64,000 nucleotides of DNA, from assembly GCA_048359995.1 (NCBI GenBank), contig DBGCPK010000005.1, positions 56,585 to 120,584 on the forward strand, written 5' to 3'. A program made the position numbers and the translations under genes. Origin of the DNA: Bacilli bacterium. GTDB lineage: Bacteria > Bacillota_I > Bacilli_A > RFN20 > CAG-449. Numbering within the stretch: position 1 is the first letter of the stretch; every line of letters starts with the position of its first letter. The notes under the pieces are model-generated. The model was given only the letters and a program-made list of their open reading frames with translations. It was not told where the DNA came from and ran no database searches. Positions 47,496 through 56,278 of the stretch are shown here, in pieces.

Positions 47496-48074
47496 ATGAG
47501 AAAAGGGATCATAAAAAAAGGAAAACTTAGAGCGATTCTGTTGTCTTTCGTACTGATCTTTACTTTGTCAGGATGTCAACATAAGGACGTCTACGATACC
47601 GAGATCGAAACGGGAACGTATACGGCGAAGTTGATTTATCAACAAGGTGCATTATCTTGGATCCCAGGAGATTTTGAAGTCATTGTTGATGAAATAAATC
47701 TGTCGACGACGGGATATGTCAAGGTACCTTTTGAAAATGAACCGTTATCCCCTGTAACGTTGATGAAAGAAATCTGGCTGGATCCTTTTCCGGAATTAGA
47801 TATATATAGTAGGTACGATTCTACCTATACGGAAGAAGACACCTTGGATAAACTTTATAAGGCGGAAACTGCTCTTGAAGCAAGCAGAACGACCGAAGAT
47901 GAAACTTCAAACGGACGAGTTTACGATTATATCGATTATTTTGATCTATTTCGAGTTAATGGCAAAATTTATATGTTTCATCTTACGGATATGATTTATC
48001 GAGATGAAGAAGACGACTATGGTCCTCATGTATTACGCATCTTTCGATTAGTCGAAGAAGACGCAAAACAATAA
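47496..48074 (+). CDS. Lipoprotein, member 3 of tandem paralog triplet
   Basis: Identical RBS/leader block to member 2 and the same conserved core. Confidence 0.75.
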   Translation: MRKGIIKKGKLRAILLSFVLIFTLSGCQHKDVYDTEIETGTYTAKLIYQQGALSWIPGDFEVIVDEINLSTTGYVKVPFENEPLSPVTLMKEIWLDPFPELDIYSRYDSTYTEEDTLDKLYKAETALEASRTTEDETSNGRVYDYIDYFDLFRVNGKIYMFHLTDMIYRDEEDDYGPHVLRIFRLVEEDAKQ

Positions 48075-48088
48075 GGAGAGAAAGCAGT

Positions 48089-49681
48089 ATGAAGAAAAAA
48101 ATCCGAAGATTTATCATTTTTCTAATTTTCACTTTATCGGCATTTCCGAATCGCCCGACTCGGATCGTGCACGCGCAAAAGGCTTCTTTACCATTACTTT
48201 CTCAAATGACGGAAGAAGAGAGCATTGCTTTTATCGAAGAAAGGGAAATTGAGATTCCTCAATATTTGATCAATATATCTCAACACGGAAAAATCATCCA
48301 AAATACCATACGCCTTGTGGAAGAAGACCCTGCTTATCCGGTATATTTTAACAATCGAGCCGGAGACCGTTTCGTGAAAGCGATCAAGAACGCGGTGAAC
48401 GAATACTACGGAATCGATTGGACGACATATACTAATCAAAGCAGAGCCGCGCAATATGTTTTACGGGAAAGTTTAGTACAGGACGAAGACGGGAACTGGG
48501 TCAGCACAGGCGGTGCATGGAAAGAGATATGGAGAAAATACAAATGCTATGCGTATGCGATTCATCGGATAGAGCAGCCTCCCTTTTATTACGATGAAGA
48601 AGAGTACAATCCGAATTCGGACGGGGATCAATATCAACCGGGAGATTTTATCGGAATAAATGCTTGGGAAGCATCGAATCACAATGTTGTTCAATTAGCC
48701 GATTATGTCAAAATGGATTTAGAAGCGATCGGATATCAAAATATCGAAATATCGGCGGAGATTCCCGAGATCACATCTGAACAAGAATTGATCTGTTTAA
48801 GATGCGGAAATGATTTTCACTTTATGCGATATGACTACGAAACGGACGCGTGGTATCATAAACCCGGGAATAATGCTGTTTTGAAGTATAAGGGCGTTCC
48901 GAGTAACGACAGAGAATGGTCGAATGAAGCCAGTTTTGAAGGGCGGACGATTGAAGAAAATAGAATTTGGTATTATAATACTAGCCCGATCTATTACATC
49001 ACCTACGATAAGAACGAAATTAAACTGGACTACGGGCAAAGTTCGGATCAGATCGCAAGGACGATCAGGGCAAGCAAGGATACGATGATCGAAGTGAAAG
49101 CGAATGTGTCGGAAGAATGCTTGATACAGCTCGAATCGTACAGCGAAATGTATGTCGATCTTTACGATGAAGAGATGGAGTGGATCGAATCGTATACGGG
49201 AACGAACGTTTGCTTTTCCAAAGAAGCGGATTACGACACGTATTACATTCGAGTGAATTTCACCAATCCGAATCATGTCGGAGGAGTCACGGTCAAAGGC
49301 CATTACCATACATATGAAGGGCATAATTGCACTTACTGCGGTCAATACACGGAAAGTCATGATTTCGGATCGCCGTATCTGTGGATCAACACGCAGAAAC
49401 ATCGTGCGAGTTGTTCCTGCGGAAGTACGAGACTGGAAGGTCATGCGGTTTCGTTAAGCGCATATCAAGCGAATGCTTCGTATTTGATCTGTCTGTTATG
49501 CGGAGGAAAAGCGGAGAGCGGTTTTATACAATTGGGCGAAAAGAATCAAGCGGAATACAAAACCGGGAACGGAAGTTTCATTTCATCGAACGGTATCGTC
49601 TTTTTAGCGGATGAGGATATTCAGTCTTACCTCGATCACACCTTAGTTTGGACGATATCGACCGGAGAAGAAGAGGCGTAG
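48089..49681 (+). CDS. Secreted hypothetical protein (530 aa) with Cys/His-rich C-terminal segment
   Basis: N-terminal signal peptide and AQKASLP cleavage-like site; HYHTYEGHNCTYCGQYTESH...CSCGS...CLLCGG. Confidence 0.6.
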   Translation: MKKKIRRFIIFLIFTLSAFPNRPTRIVHAQKASLPLLSQMTEEESIAFIEEREIEIPQYLINISQHGKIIQNTIRLVEEDPAYPVYFNNRAGDRFVKAIKNAVNEYYGIDWTTYTNQSRAAQYVLRESLVQDEDGNWVSTGGAWKEIWRKYKCYAYAIHRIEQPPFYYDEEEYNPNSDGDQYQPGDFIGINAWEASNHNVVQLADYVKMDLEAIGYQNIEISAEIPEITSEQELICLRCGNDFHFMRYDYETDAWYHKPGNNAVLKYKGVPSNDREWSNEASFEGRTIEENRIWYYNTSPIYYITYDKNEIKLDYGQSSDQIARTIRASKDTMIEVKANVSEECLIQLESYSEMYVDLYDEEMEWIESYTGTNVCFSKEADYDTYYIRVNFTNPNHVGGVTVKGHYHTYEGHNCTYCGQYTESHDFGSPYLWINTQKHRASCSCGSTRLEGHAVSLSAYQANASYLICLLCGGKAESGFIQLGEKNQAEYKTGNGSFISSNGIVFLADEDIQSYLDHTLVWTISTGEEEA

Positions 49682-49875
49682 GGATATTCGCTTTGTTTCA
49701 TCGCATTCGAATTTCTTTTTATGCGCACAATTCGGCTTAAAATGCGCGGCAAAAGCGAATGACATCACGATAAATCGATTTGTATAAAAATTCGATTTCT
49801 TTTCAATATTCTTTTCAACTATGGAAATGAAAAATAAAAAATGCTAAATTAGATTTGTTTGATGGAGGGATTCGA

Positions 49876-51186
49876 ATGATCGACCGTTACTCTTTGCCTA
49901 AGATGAAAAAAATCTGGGAGGACGAGTCTAAATTCGACGCATTCCTCCAAGTAGAAATCAGCGCGGTAAAAGCATTTTGGAAGTTGGGTGTCGTTCCCGA
50001 AGAGGATTATCGGAAAATCGCGGCGAACGCTTCTTTTGATGTAAAAGAAATCCGTCGCATAGAGCAGGAAACCAAACACGACGTCATCGCATTTACCCGC
50101 GCGGTCGGGGAAAGTCTGGGAGAAGAAAGAAAATGGATTCATTACGGTCTAACCTCTACCGACGTCGTCGACAGCGCGAACGGTTTGCTCTTTCGGAAAG
50201 CCGATGAGATCCTTGACGAAGATATGTCGGTTTTAGCGGACGTTTTAAAGAAAAAGGCTTTGGAATTTCAGAATACGCCCTGCATCGGAAGAACGCACGG
50301 AATGCACGCCGAAATCACTTCTTTCGGGTTGAAATTCGCTTTGTATTACGATGAATTGAAGAGAGATATTCGTCGATTTACGGAAGCGAGAAAAGACGTG
50401 GAAACCTGTAAAATGTCCGGCGCGGTCGGGAACTACGTAACCACATCGATCGAATTCGAACAAATGGTCGCGGATGACCTGAACTTAAAACGAGCGAAAA
50501 TATCGACTCAAGTGCTTTCCAGAGACAGACACGCTTACTATTTGAGCGTATTGGGGCTGATCGCTTCTCTTTTGGAAAAGATGGCTACCGAAATTCGGAA
50601 TCTGTCCCGTCAGGAGATTCGCGAAGTCGCGGAAGGATTTTCTTCGGGACAAAAAGGTTCGAGCGCAATGCCGCATAAAAGGAATCCGATCGGCAGCGAA
50701 AATATCTGCGGTCTATCGCGAATGATGCGTTCTTACATCGACGTAGCATTCGAAAACAATGTCTTGTGGCACGAAAGGGACATATCTCATTCCTCCGCGG
50801 AAAGAATCATCTTTGCCGACGCGACCACGCTTTTGGACTATATGCTCTGTCGGTTCACTCGGATTTTGAATGACCTCGTCGTCGATCCGAACAGAATGAT
50901 CGAAAATATTTATCTCACAAAAGGCGTTGTTTTTTCCGGAAAAGTCTTGAATTATTTGGTGAGCAGAGGGTATTCGCGCGAAGAAGCCTACGATCGGATT
51001 CAGCCTCTGACATTCGAGGCTTTGGACAAAAAGAAAGAATTTCGCCGGTTGCTCGTCGAGCATCGCGTGCTCACGGAAGCGGAATGCGAAGAAATCTTTA
51101 CTTTTGAAACCTATTTGAAAAACGTAGAAGCAATTTATCGGAGCGTAGGAATAGCGGAAGGAGAACGGGAATGGGACAAACGGTAG
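49876..51186 (+). CDS. purB: Adenylosuccinate lyase
   Basis: Fumarate-lyase signature GSSAMPHKRNP. GGAGGG RBS before ATG 49876. Confidence 0.9.
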   Translation: MIDRYSLPKMKKIWEDESKFDAFLQVEISAVKAFWKLGVVPEEDYRKIAANASFDVKEIRRIEQETKHDVIAFTRAVGESLGEERKWIHYGLTSTDVVDSANGLLFRKADEILDEDMSVLADVLKKKALEFQNTPCIGRTHGMHAEITSFGLKFALYYDELKRDIRRFTEARKDVETCKMSGAVGNYVTTSIEFEQMVADDLNLKRAKISTQVLSRDRHAYYLSVLGLIASLLEKMATEIRNLSRQEIREVAEGFSSGQKGSSAMPHKRNPIGSENICGLSRMMRSYIDVAFENNVLWHERDISHSSAERIIFADATTLLDYMLCRFTRILNDLVVDPNRMIENIYLTKGVVFSGKVLNYLVSRGYSREEAYDRIQPLTFEALDKKKEFRRLLVEHRVLTEAECEEIFTFETYLKNVEAIYRSVGIAEGEREWDKR

Positions 51187-52460
51187 TGGTCGTCGGCAGC
51201 GCGTGGGGCGATGAGGGAAAAGGAAAAATCACCAACTATTTTTCGGACAAGGCCGATTTGGTCGTCCGTTATCAAGGAGGAGATAATGCGGGGCATACGA
51301 TCGTTTTCGATCGGAAAACCTACAAATTGCATATCGTTCCTTCCGGCATTTTTAATCCGAAAGTCAAGTGCGTGCTCGGAAACGGTTGCGCGATCAATCC
51401 GGAGGCCTTAATAGGAGAACTGAATCTTTTAAAAGCGGACGGATATCCGTGCGACAACCTATTTATTTCTTCCCGGGCGCAGGTGCTGTTCGATTATCAT
51501 AGAGTGATCGACGCTTTGATCGAGAAAAAACTGGGAAATCGTCGTATCGGTACGACGAAAAAAGGAATCGGACCTTGCTATACCGACAAAGTTGCCAGAA
51601 CCGGCATTCGAATGTGCGATTTCGTCGGCGAAAACTTCGAAGAAATGTATCGTCGGATTCTGGAAGAGAAAAACCGCGAAATCGTTCAAATCGGAGAAGA
51701 ACCGATCGATTTTCGCCGATCATATGAAAAGTATCGGAAACTGGCGGAAGAAATCCGTCCATATGTGTGCGATACGATCTCTCTTATCAACGAGGAATAC
51801 GAAAAAGGGAGCAAGATTCTTTTCGAAGGCGCGCAGGGAACTCTCCTCGACATCGATTTCGGAACTTATCCTTACGTAACCAGCAGCAGTCCTTCCGCGG
51901 GAGGCGTCTGTTCCGGCAGCGGTCTCGGACCGACGGCGATACATGAAATCGTCGGCGTTACCAAAGCTTATGCGACTCGCGTTGGAGAAGGACCTTTTCC
52001 GACGGAAATGGAAAACAACTTCGGTGGTCTTGCGGAGGAGATTCGACTCAAAGCCGATGAATTCGGCGCGACGACGAAAAGAGCCAGAAGAATCGGCTGG
52101 TTCGACGCCGTTTTGATTTCTTACAGTCGGAGAATCAACTCGATGACGGGTATTTCGTTGATGCTGTTGGATATTCTGACCGGCATCGAAAAAATCAAAA
52201 TATGCGATTATTATCTGCTTGACGGAAAAAGGATCGATGCGCCGTCTCCGCGGATCGAAGACTTCGCGCGATGTCGTCCCCACTATTTGGAACTCGACGG
52301 TTGGAGCGAAGATATTTCCGAAGTTCGAAGTTTTGAAGAATTGCCTTTAAATTGTAGAAATTACATTCGGAAAATCGAAGAACTGGTCAAAGTTCCGGTC
52401 GTGATGTTTTCGGTCGGACCGGATAAATATCAAACGATAATCAGAAAAGAGGTATTTTGA
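51171..52460 (+). CDS. purA: Adenylosuccinate synthetase
   Basis: GSAWGDEGKGK P-loop and GGDNAGHT. Confidence 0.95.
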   Translation: MGQTVVVVGSAWGDEGKGKITNYFSDKADLVVRYQGGDNAGHTIVFDRKTYKLHIVPSGIFNPKVKCVLGNGCAINPEALIGELNLLKADGYPCDNLFISSRAQVLFDYHRVIDALIEKKLGNRRIGTTKKGIGPCYTDKVARTGIRMCDFVGENFEEMYRRILEEKNREIVQIGEEPIDFRRSYEKYRKLAEEIRPYVCDTISLINEEYEKGSKILFEGAQGTLLDIDFGTYPYVTSSSPSAGGVCSGSGLGPTAIHEIVGVTKAYATRVGEGPFPTEMENNFGGLAEEIRLKADEFGATTKRARRIGWFDAVLISYSRRINSMTGISLMLLDILTGIEKIKICDYYLLDGKRIDAPSPRIEDFARCRPHYLELDGWSEDISEVRSFEELPLNCRNYIRKIEELVKVPVVMFSVGPDKYQTIIRKEVF

Positions 52461-53890
52461 TGAAAGAGAGTTATGACGTCATCATCGTCGGCGCGGGACC
52501 GACCGGCATATATTGCGCTTACGAACTGATTAAAAAAGATCCGACCGTTCGGGTGCTTTTGATCGACAAGGGGCAGGATATCTATTCGAGAAATTGCCCG
52601 ATTCTCAACAAAAAGATCAAGCAGTGTCCGTTGGATATCAATGGGGAATCGGGCTGCAAACCGAGTTGCGCGATGACGAGCGGATTCGGCGGATCCGGCG
52701 CGTATTCCGACGGAAAATTCAATATCACCAGCGAATTCGGCGGTTGGATGAACAACTATTTGGATAAAGAAACGGTTCTCGATCTGATCCGATATGTCGA
52801 TGCGATCAATCTCGCGCACGGCGCACCGAAAGAGATTACCGATCCCTATACTCCGGAAGTTCTGGAAATCGAGAAAAAAGGGATTTCCGTCGGTTTGAAA
52901 CTGCTGCGAAGTCAAGTGCGACATTTGGGAACGGAGATCAATCTTCGACTACTGAAATCGATCTATGAAGAAATGAAAGACAAGGTGGATTATCTTTTTG
53001 CTTCCAAAGTATCCGAAATAATCGTTCGGGGGAACGCCGTCAAAGGCGTGATTCTGGACGGAGGAAGGGAAATCGCTGCGGATTACGTTCTTCTCGGGGT
53101 TGGAAGAAACGGCTCGGAATGGTTGAGCGCGACGTTGAGAAAGCACAAGATCCGTTTCACCAACAACCGCGTCGACATCGGCGTTCGCGTCGAAACCAAC
53201 GACATCATCATGGCGGATATCAACAAAAATCTCTACGAAGGCAAATTCATATACAACACTTCGGTCGGAACGACGGTGCGGACGTTCTGTTCCAATCCTT
53301 CCGGCCACGTCGTTATCGAAAATCACAACGGAACGATGGTTTGCAACGGTCATGCATACAACGATCCGAAACTGGGCTCGGACAACACCAATTTCGCTTT
53401 GCTGGTATCTCAGGAATTCGACGAGCCGTTTAAAGACGCCAATCAATACGCGCAGGACGTTTCCCGTCTGGCCAATCAACTGTCGGGTGGCACGGTCATC
53501 GTGCAGAAGTACGGCGACATCAAAAAAGGGAGGAGATCGACGAAAAAGAGAATCGACGAGGGATTCGTTACGCCGACATTGAAAGAAGCCGTTCCGGGAG
53601 ATCTCGGTCTGGTACTTCCTTATAACACGATGAAATCGCTGATCGAGATGATCGAAGCGTTGGATAAAGTTACGCCGGGAATCGCCAACGATCACACCCT
53701 CTTTTACGGAGTAGAGGCAAAATTCTATTCCGATCGTCCGGAAGTCGACGATTCTTTCCAGACCAAAATCGAAAATCTTTACGTCGGAGGAGACGGCGCG
53801 GGAATCACGCGCGGACTGGCTCAGGCCGGCGCCAGCGGCGTATGGGTGGCTCGTGCGATATTGAAAAAAATCGGAAAGCGCGGAGAATAG
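52457..53890 (+). CDS. FAD-dependent oxidoreductase (COG2509-like uncharacterized FAD dehydrogenase)
   Basis: DVIIVGAGPTG dinucleotide-binding motif; about 477 aa. Confidence 0.7.
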   Translation: MMKESYDVIIVGAGPTGIYCAYELIKKDPTVRVLLIDKGQDIYSRNCPILNKKIKQCPLDINGESGCKPSCAMTSGFGGSGAYSDGKFNITSEFGGWMNNYLDKETVLDLIRYVDAINLAHGAPKEITDPYTPEVLEIEKKGISVGLKLLRSQVRHLGTEINLRLLKSIYEEMKDKVDYLFASKVSEIIVRGNAVKGVILDGGREIAADYVLLGVGRNGSEWLSATLRKHKIRFTNNRVDIGVRVETNDIIMADINKNLYEGKFIYNTSVGTTVRTFCSNPSGHVVIENHNGTMVCNGHAYNDPKLGSDNTNFALLVSQEFDEPFKDANQYAQDVSRLANQLSGGTVIVQKYGDIKKGRRSTKKRIDEGFVTPTLKEAVPGDLGLVLPYNTMKSLIEMIEALDKVTPGIANDHTLFYGVEAKFYSDRPEVDDSFQTKIENLYVGGDGAGITRGLAQAGASGVWVARAILKKIGKRGE

Positions 53891-53892
53891 CG

Positions 53893-54768
53893 ATGGATTC
53901 GATAGAGATCAAAATCGGCAGAAGATATCAGAATTATACGGTCGAAGAATATTTTCTCGACTCGGGAATCGGAAAGGGTCGTATCGCGGAAATCAAGCGG
54001 ACGAACTCGTGTTTCGTCAACGGAGAACCCGCCTCGTTGGATTATCATTTGAAAATCGACGATCGGATCGAATTGAAGTTCGAAGAAAAAATCAATTTTT
54101 CCCCTTGCGATCTTCCGTTGGATATCCTCTACGAAGACGACTACCTTCTTATCGTCAATAAGCCTTGCGGAATCTTGATACACCCCGACGGAATCAACGT
54201 CGAGACGACATTGGCAAATCGCGTCGCCGCATACTATTACTCGATAAAGCTTTTTCGCGAAGTCCGATACATACACCGCATTGACGTGGAAACGACCGGA
54301 ATCGTTTTATTTGCCAAAGATTTCATCACTTACAGTCGCATGATCAAACAAATCGAAGACGGAACTTTTGAAAGAAATTATTTGGCTTTGTGTCATCATC
54401 ACTTCAAGACCAGAAGCGGAATTATCGACGAACCGATCGGTCGAGACAGGCACGCGCCGAGATACCGAGTCAGCCGTTCTCTTCACAGCAAACGCGCGAT
54501 TACGGAATACGAAGTGGTGAAAGAATATCCGAAATATGCCTTAGTCAAACTGAAATTATCGACGGGAAGAACGCATCAAATTCGGGTTCATATGAGTTAT
54601 ATGCATCATCCTCTTTTGGGCGACACTCTTTACGGAGGCAGTAAGGAACGGATGGATCGGGTGGCTCTCCATTCTTCGGAAGTCCGTTTTATTCATCCGA
54701 TCGGAAACGAATTCGTTTCGGTGCAATGCCCTTTGCCGTCGGATATGGAAAGGTGGGTCAAAAAGTGA
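53893..54768 (+). CDS. RluA/RluD-family pseudouridine synthase
   Basis: S4-like N-terminus, HRIDVETTG catalytic-Asp motif, and GRTHQIRVH. Confidence 0.85.
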   Translation: MDSIEIKIGRRYQNYTVEEYFLDSGIGKGRIAEIKRTNSCFVNGEPASLDYHLKIDDRIELKFEEKINFSPCDLPLDILYEDDYLLIVNKPCGILIHPDGINVETTLANRVAAYYYSIKLFREVRYIHRIDVETTGIVLFAKDFITYSRMIKQIEDGTFERNYLALCHHHFKTRSGIIDEPIGRDRHAPRYRVSRSLHSKRAITEYEVVKEYPKYALVKLKLSTGRTHQIRVHMSYMHHPLLGDTLYGGSKERMDRVALHSSEVRFIHPIGNEFVSVQCPLPSDMERWVKK

Positions 54769-55451
54769 TCAAAGCCGTAATTTTCGATTTTGACGGAACA
54801 CTCGCGGACACTTTGGAAGATCTGAAAGATTCGGTCAACGAAGCCCTGCGAATGTCGGGATTTACCCGATCGTATACCTATTCGGAAACCAAAGGGCTGA
54901 TCGGTTCGGGAATCCGTCAACTTTGTGCGAGGGCATTGAGTTATCGCACGCATTCGATCGAAGACGAAGAAAAACTCTTCGCCGATTTTAATCGTTGCTA
55001 TCTAAGAAACCAACTTCGACATACGCATTTGTACGACGGCGTGCAGGAAACTTTGGACGAACTGAAAAGACGGGGTGTGATGACGGCGATTCTCTCCAAT
55101 AAAAAGGAAGAAAATACGCTGGAAATCGTCGCGCATCTCTTTAAGGAGAACACATTCGATCGAATCGTCGGAAAAAGGGAAGAATTTCCGTTAAAACCCG
55201 ATCCGACGAGTCTAAATTACGTCATCGCTTCGTTGGGAATCGGAAAAGACGAGGTTCTTTATGTCGGAGATTCGGATACCGATATGGAAACCGCGAATAA
55301 TTTATCGGTCAAGAAGATTGCCGTCACTTACGGCTATCGGGACGAGAGTATTTTAAAGCGATACGATCCGGATTATATGGTCGACGATTTTCGGAAAATC
55401 CTCGGCATCGTCGGCGAATTGAACCGAAAGGAAAGCCGTTTGGAAAAGTAA
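54764..55451 (+). CDS. HAD-superfamily hydrolase (phosphoglycolate phosphatase-like)
   Basis: FDFDGTLADT motif I and GDSDTDMETA motif IV. Start is uncertain (GTG 54764 versus upstream ATG 54726, which overlaps the rlu gene). Confidence 0.7.
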
Positions 55452-55575
55452 TCCCCGTTCTCTCGCGAAGATTTCCTCGATGAGAAAAAAAGTATATGGA
55501 AATTATTCGGAGTTTTGCATTTTTTACAACATATTTACCGTAGGTTTGCTATAATTCTTTCATCGGAGGGAGATT

Positions 55576-56277
55576 ATGGCTTACATTCGAGCGAAAGAAA
55601 TCAGCAAGGTTTACAAAACCGGCGACATCGAAATCCGCGCGTTGGATAAAGCCTCTTTTGAGATCGAAAAAGGGGAATTGGTTTGCATTCTCGGGCCTTC
55701 CGGCGCGGGAAAAACTACTTGTTTGAACATTTTGGGCGGAATGGACAATGCCGACGAAGGTGAATTATTCGTCGACGGCAACGATATCACGAAATGGAAA
55801 GGAAAAGAACAGATCCGATATAGGAGAAACGACATCGGATTTGTTTTTCAGTTTTACAATCTCGTTCAGAATTTGACCGCTTTGGAGAACGTCGAACTGG
55901 CGGTGCAATTGTGTAAAGATCACCTTGATCCGACGGAAATTCTCGAAAAGGTCGGTTTAAAAGAGAGAACAGGCAATTTTCCTTCTCAGTTGTCCGGCGG
56001 AGAACAGCAGCGTGTGGCGATTGCCCGCGCCATCGCCAAAAATCCGAAACTTTTGTTATGCGACGAACCGACAGGCGCGTTGGATTACAAGACGGGGAAA
56101 CAGATTCTCAAACTGTTGGAAGAAACTTGCCGGAAAGAAAAAATGACGGTGCTGATCATCACCCATAACAGCGCGATCGCACCGATGTGCGACAAAGTCA
56201 TTCGGTTCAAAAACGGAAGCGTGGAAGAAGTCTATACCAACGAAAAACCGAAAAAAATCGAGGAAATCGAGTGGTAA
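55576..56277 (+). CDS. ABC transporter ATP-binding protein (MacB/LolD-type)
   Basis: Walker [13 protein letters not shown] signature LSGGEQQR, and Walker B LLLCDEPT. Confidence 0.9.
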   Translation: MAYIRAKEISKVYKTGDIEIRALDKASFEIEKGELVCILGPSGAGKTTCLNILGGMDNADEGELFVDGNDITKWKGKEQIRYRRNDIGFVFQFYNLVQNLTALENVELAVQLCKDHLDPTEILEKVGLKERTGNFPSQLSGGEQQRVAIARAIAKNPKLLLCDEPTGALDYKTGKQILKLLEETCRKEKMTVLIITHNSAIAPMCDKVIRFKNGSVEEVYTNEKPKKIEEIEW

Positions 56278-56278
56278 T

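Noticed and set aside
49682-49875. Purine riboswitch upstream of purB
   Set aside because: The leader lacks the conserved purine-aptamer elements (the UAUA...GGGA...GGCC...UUUCUACC pattern). It shows only an A/T-rich spacer and the RBS.
52949-53695. 248-aa minus-strand ORF inside the FAD oxidoreductase gene
   Set aside because: Antisense shadow ORF; the plus-strand gene has a clear dinucleotide-binding motif and operon context.
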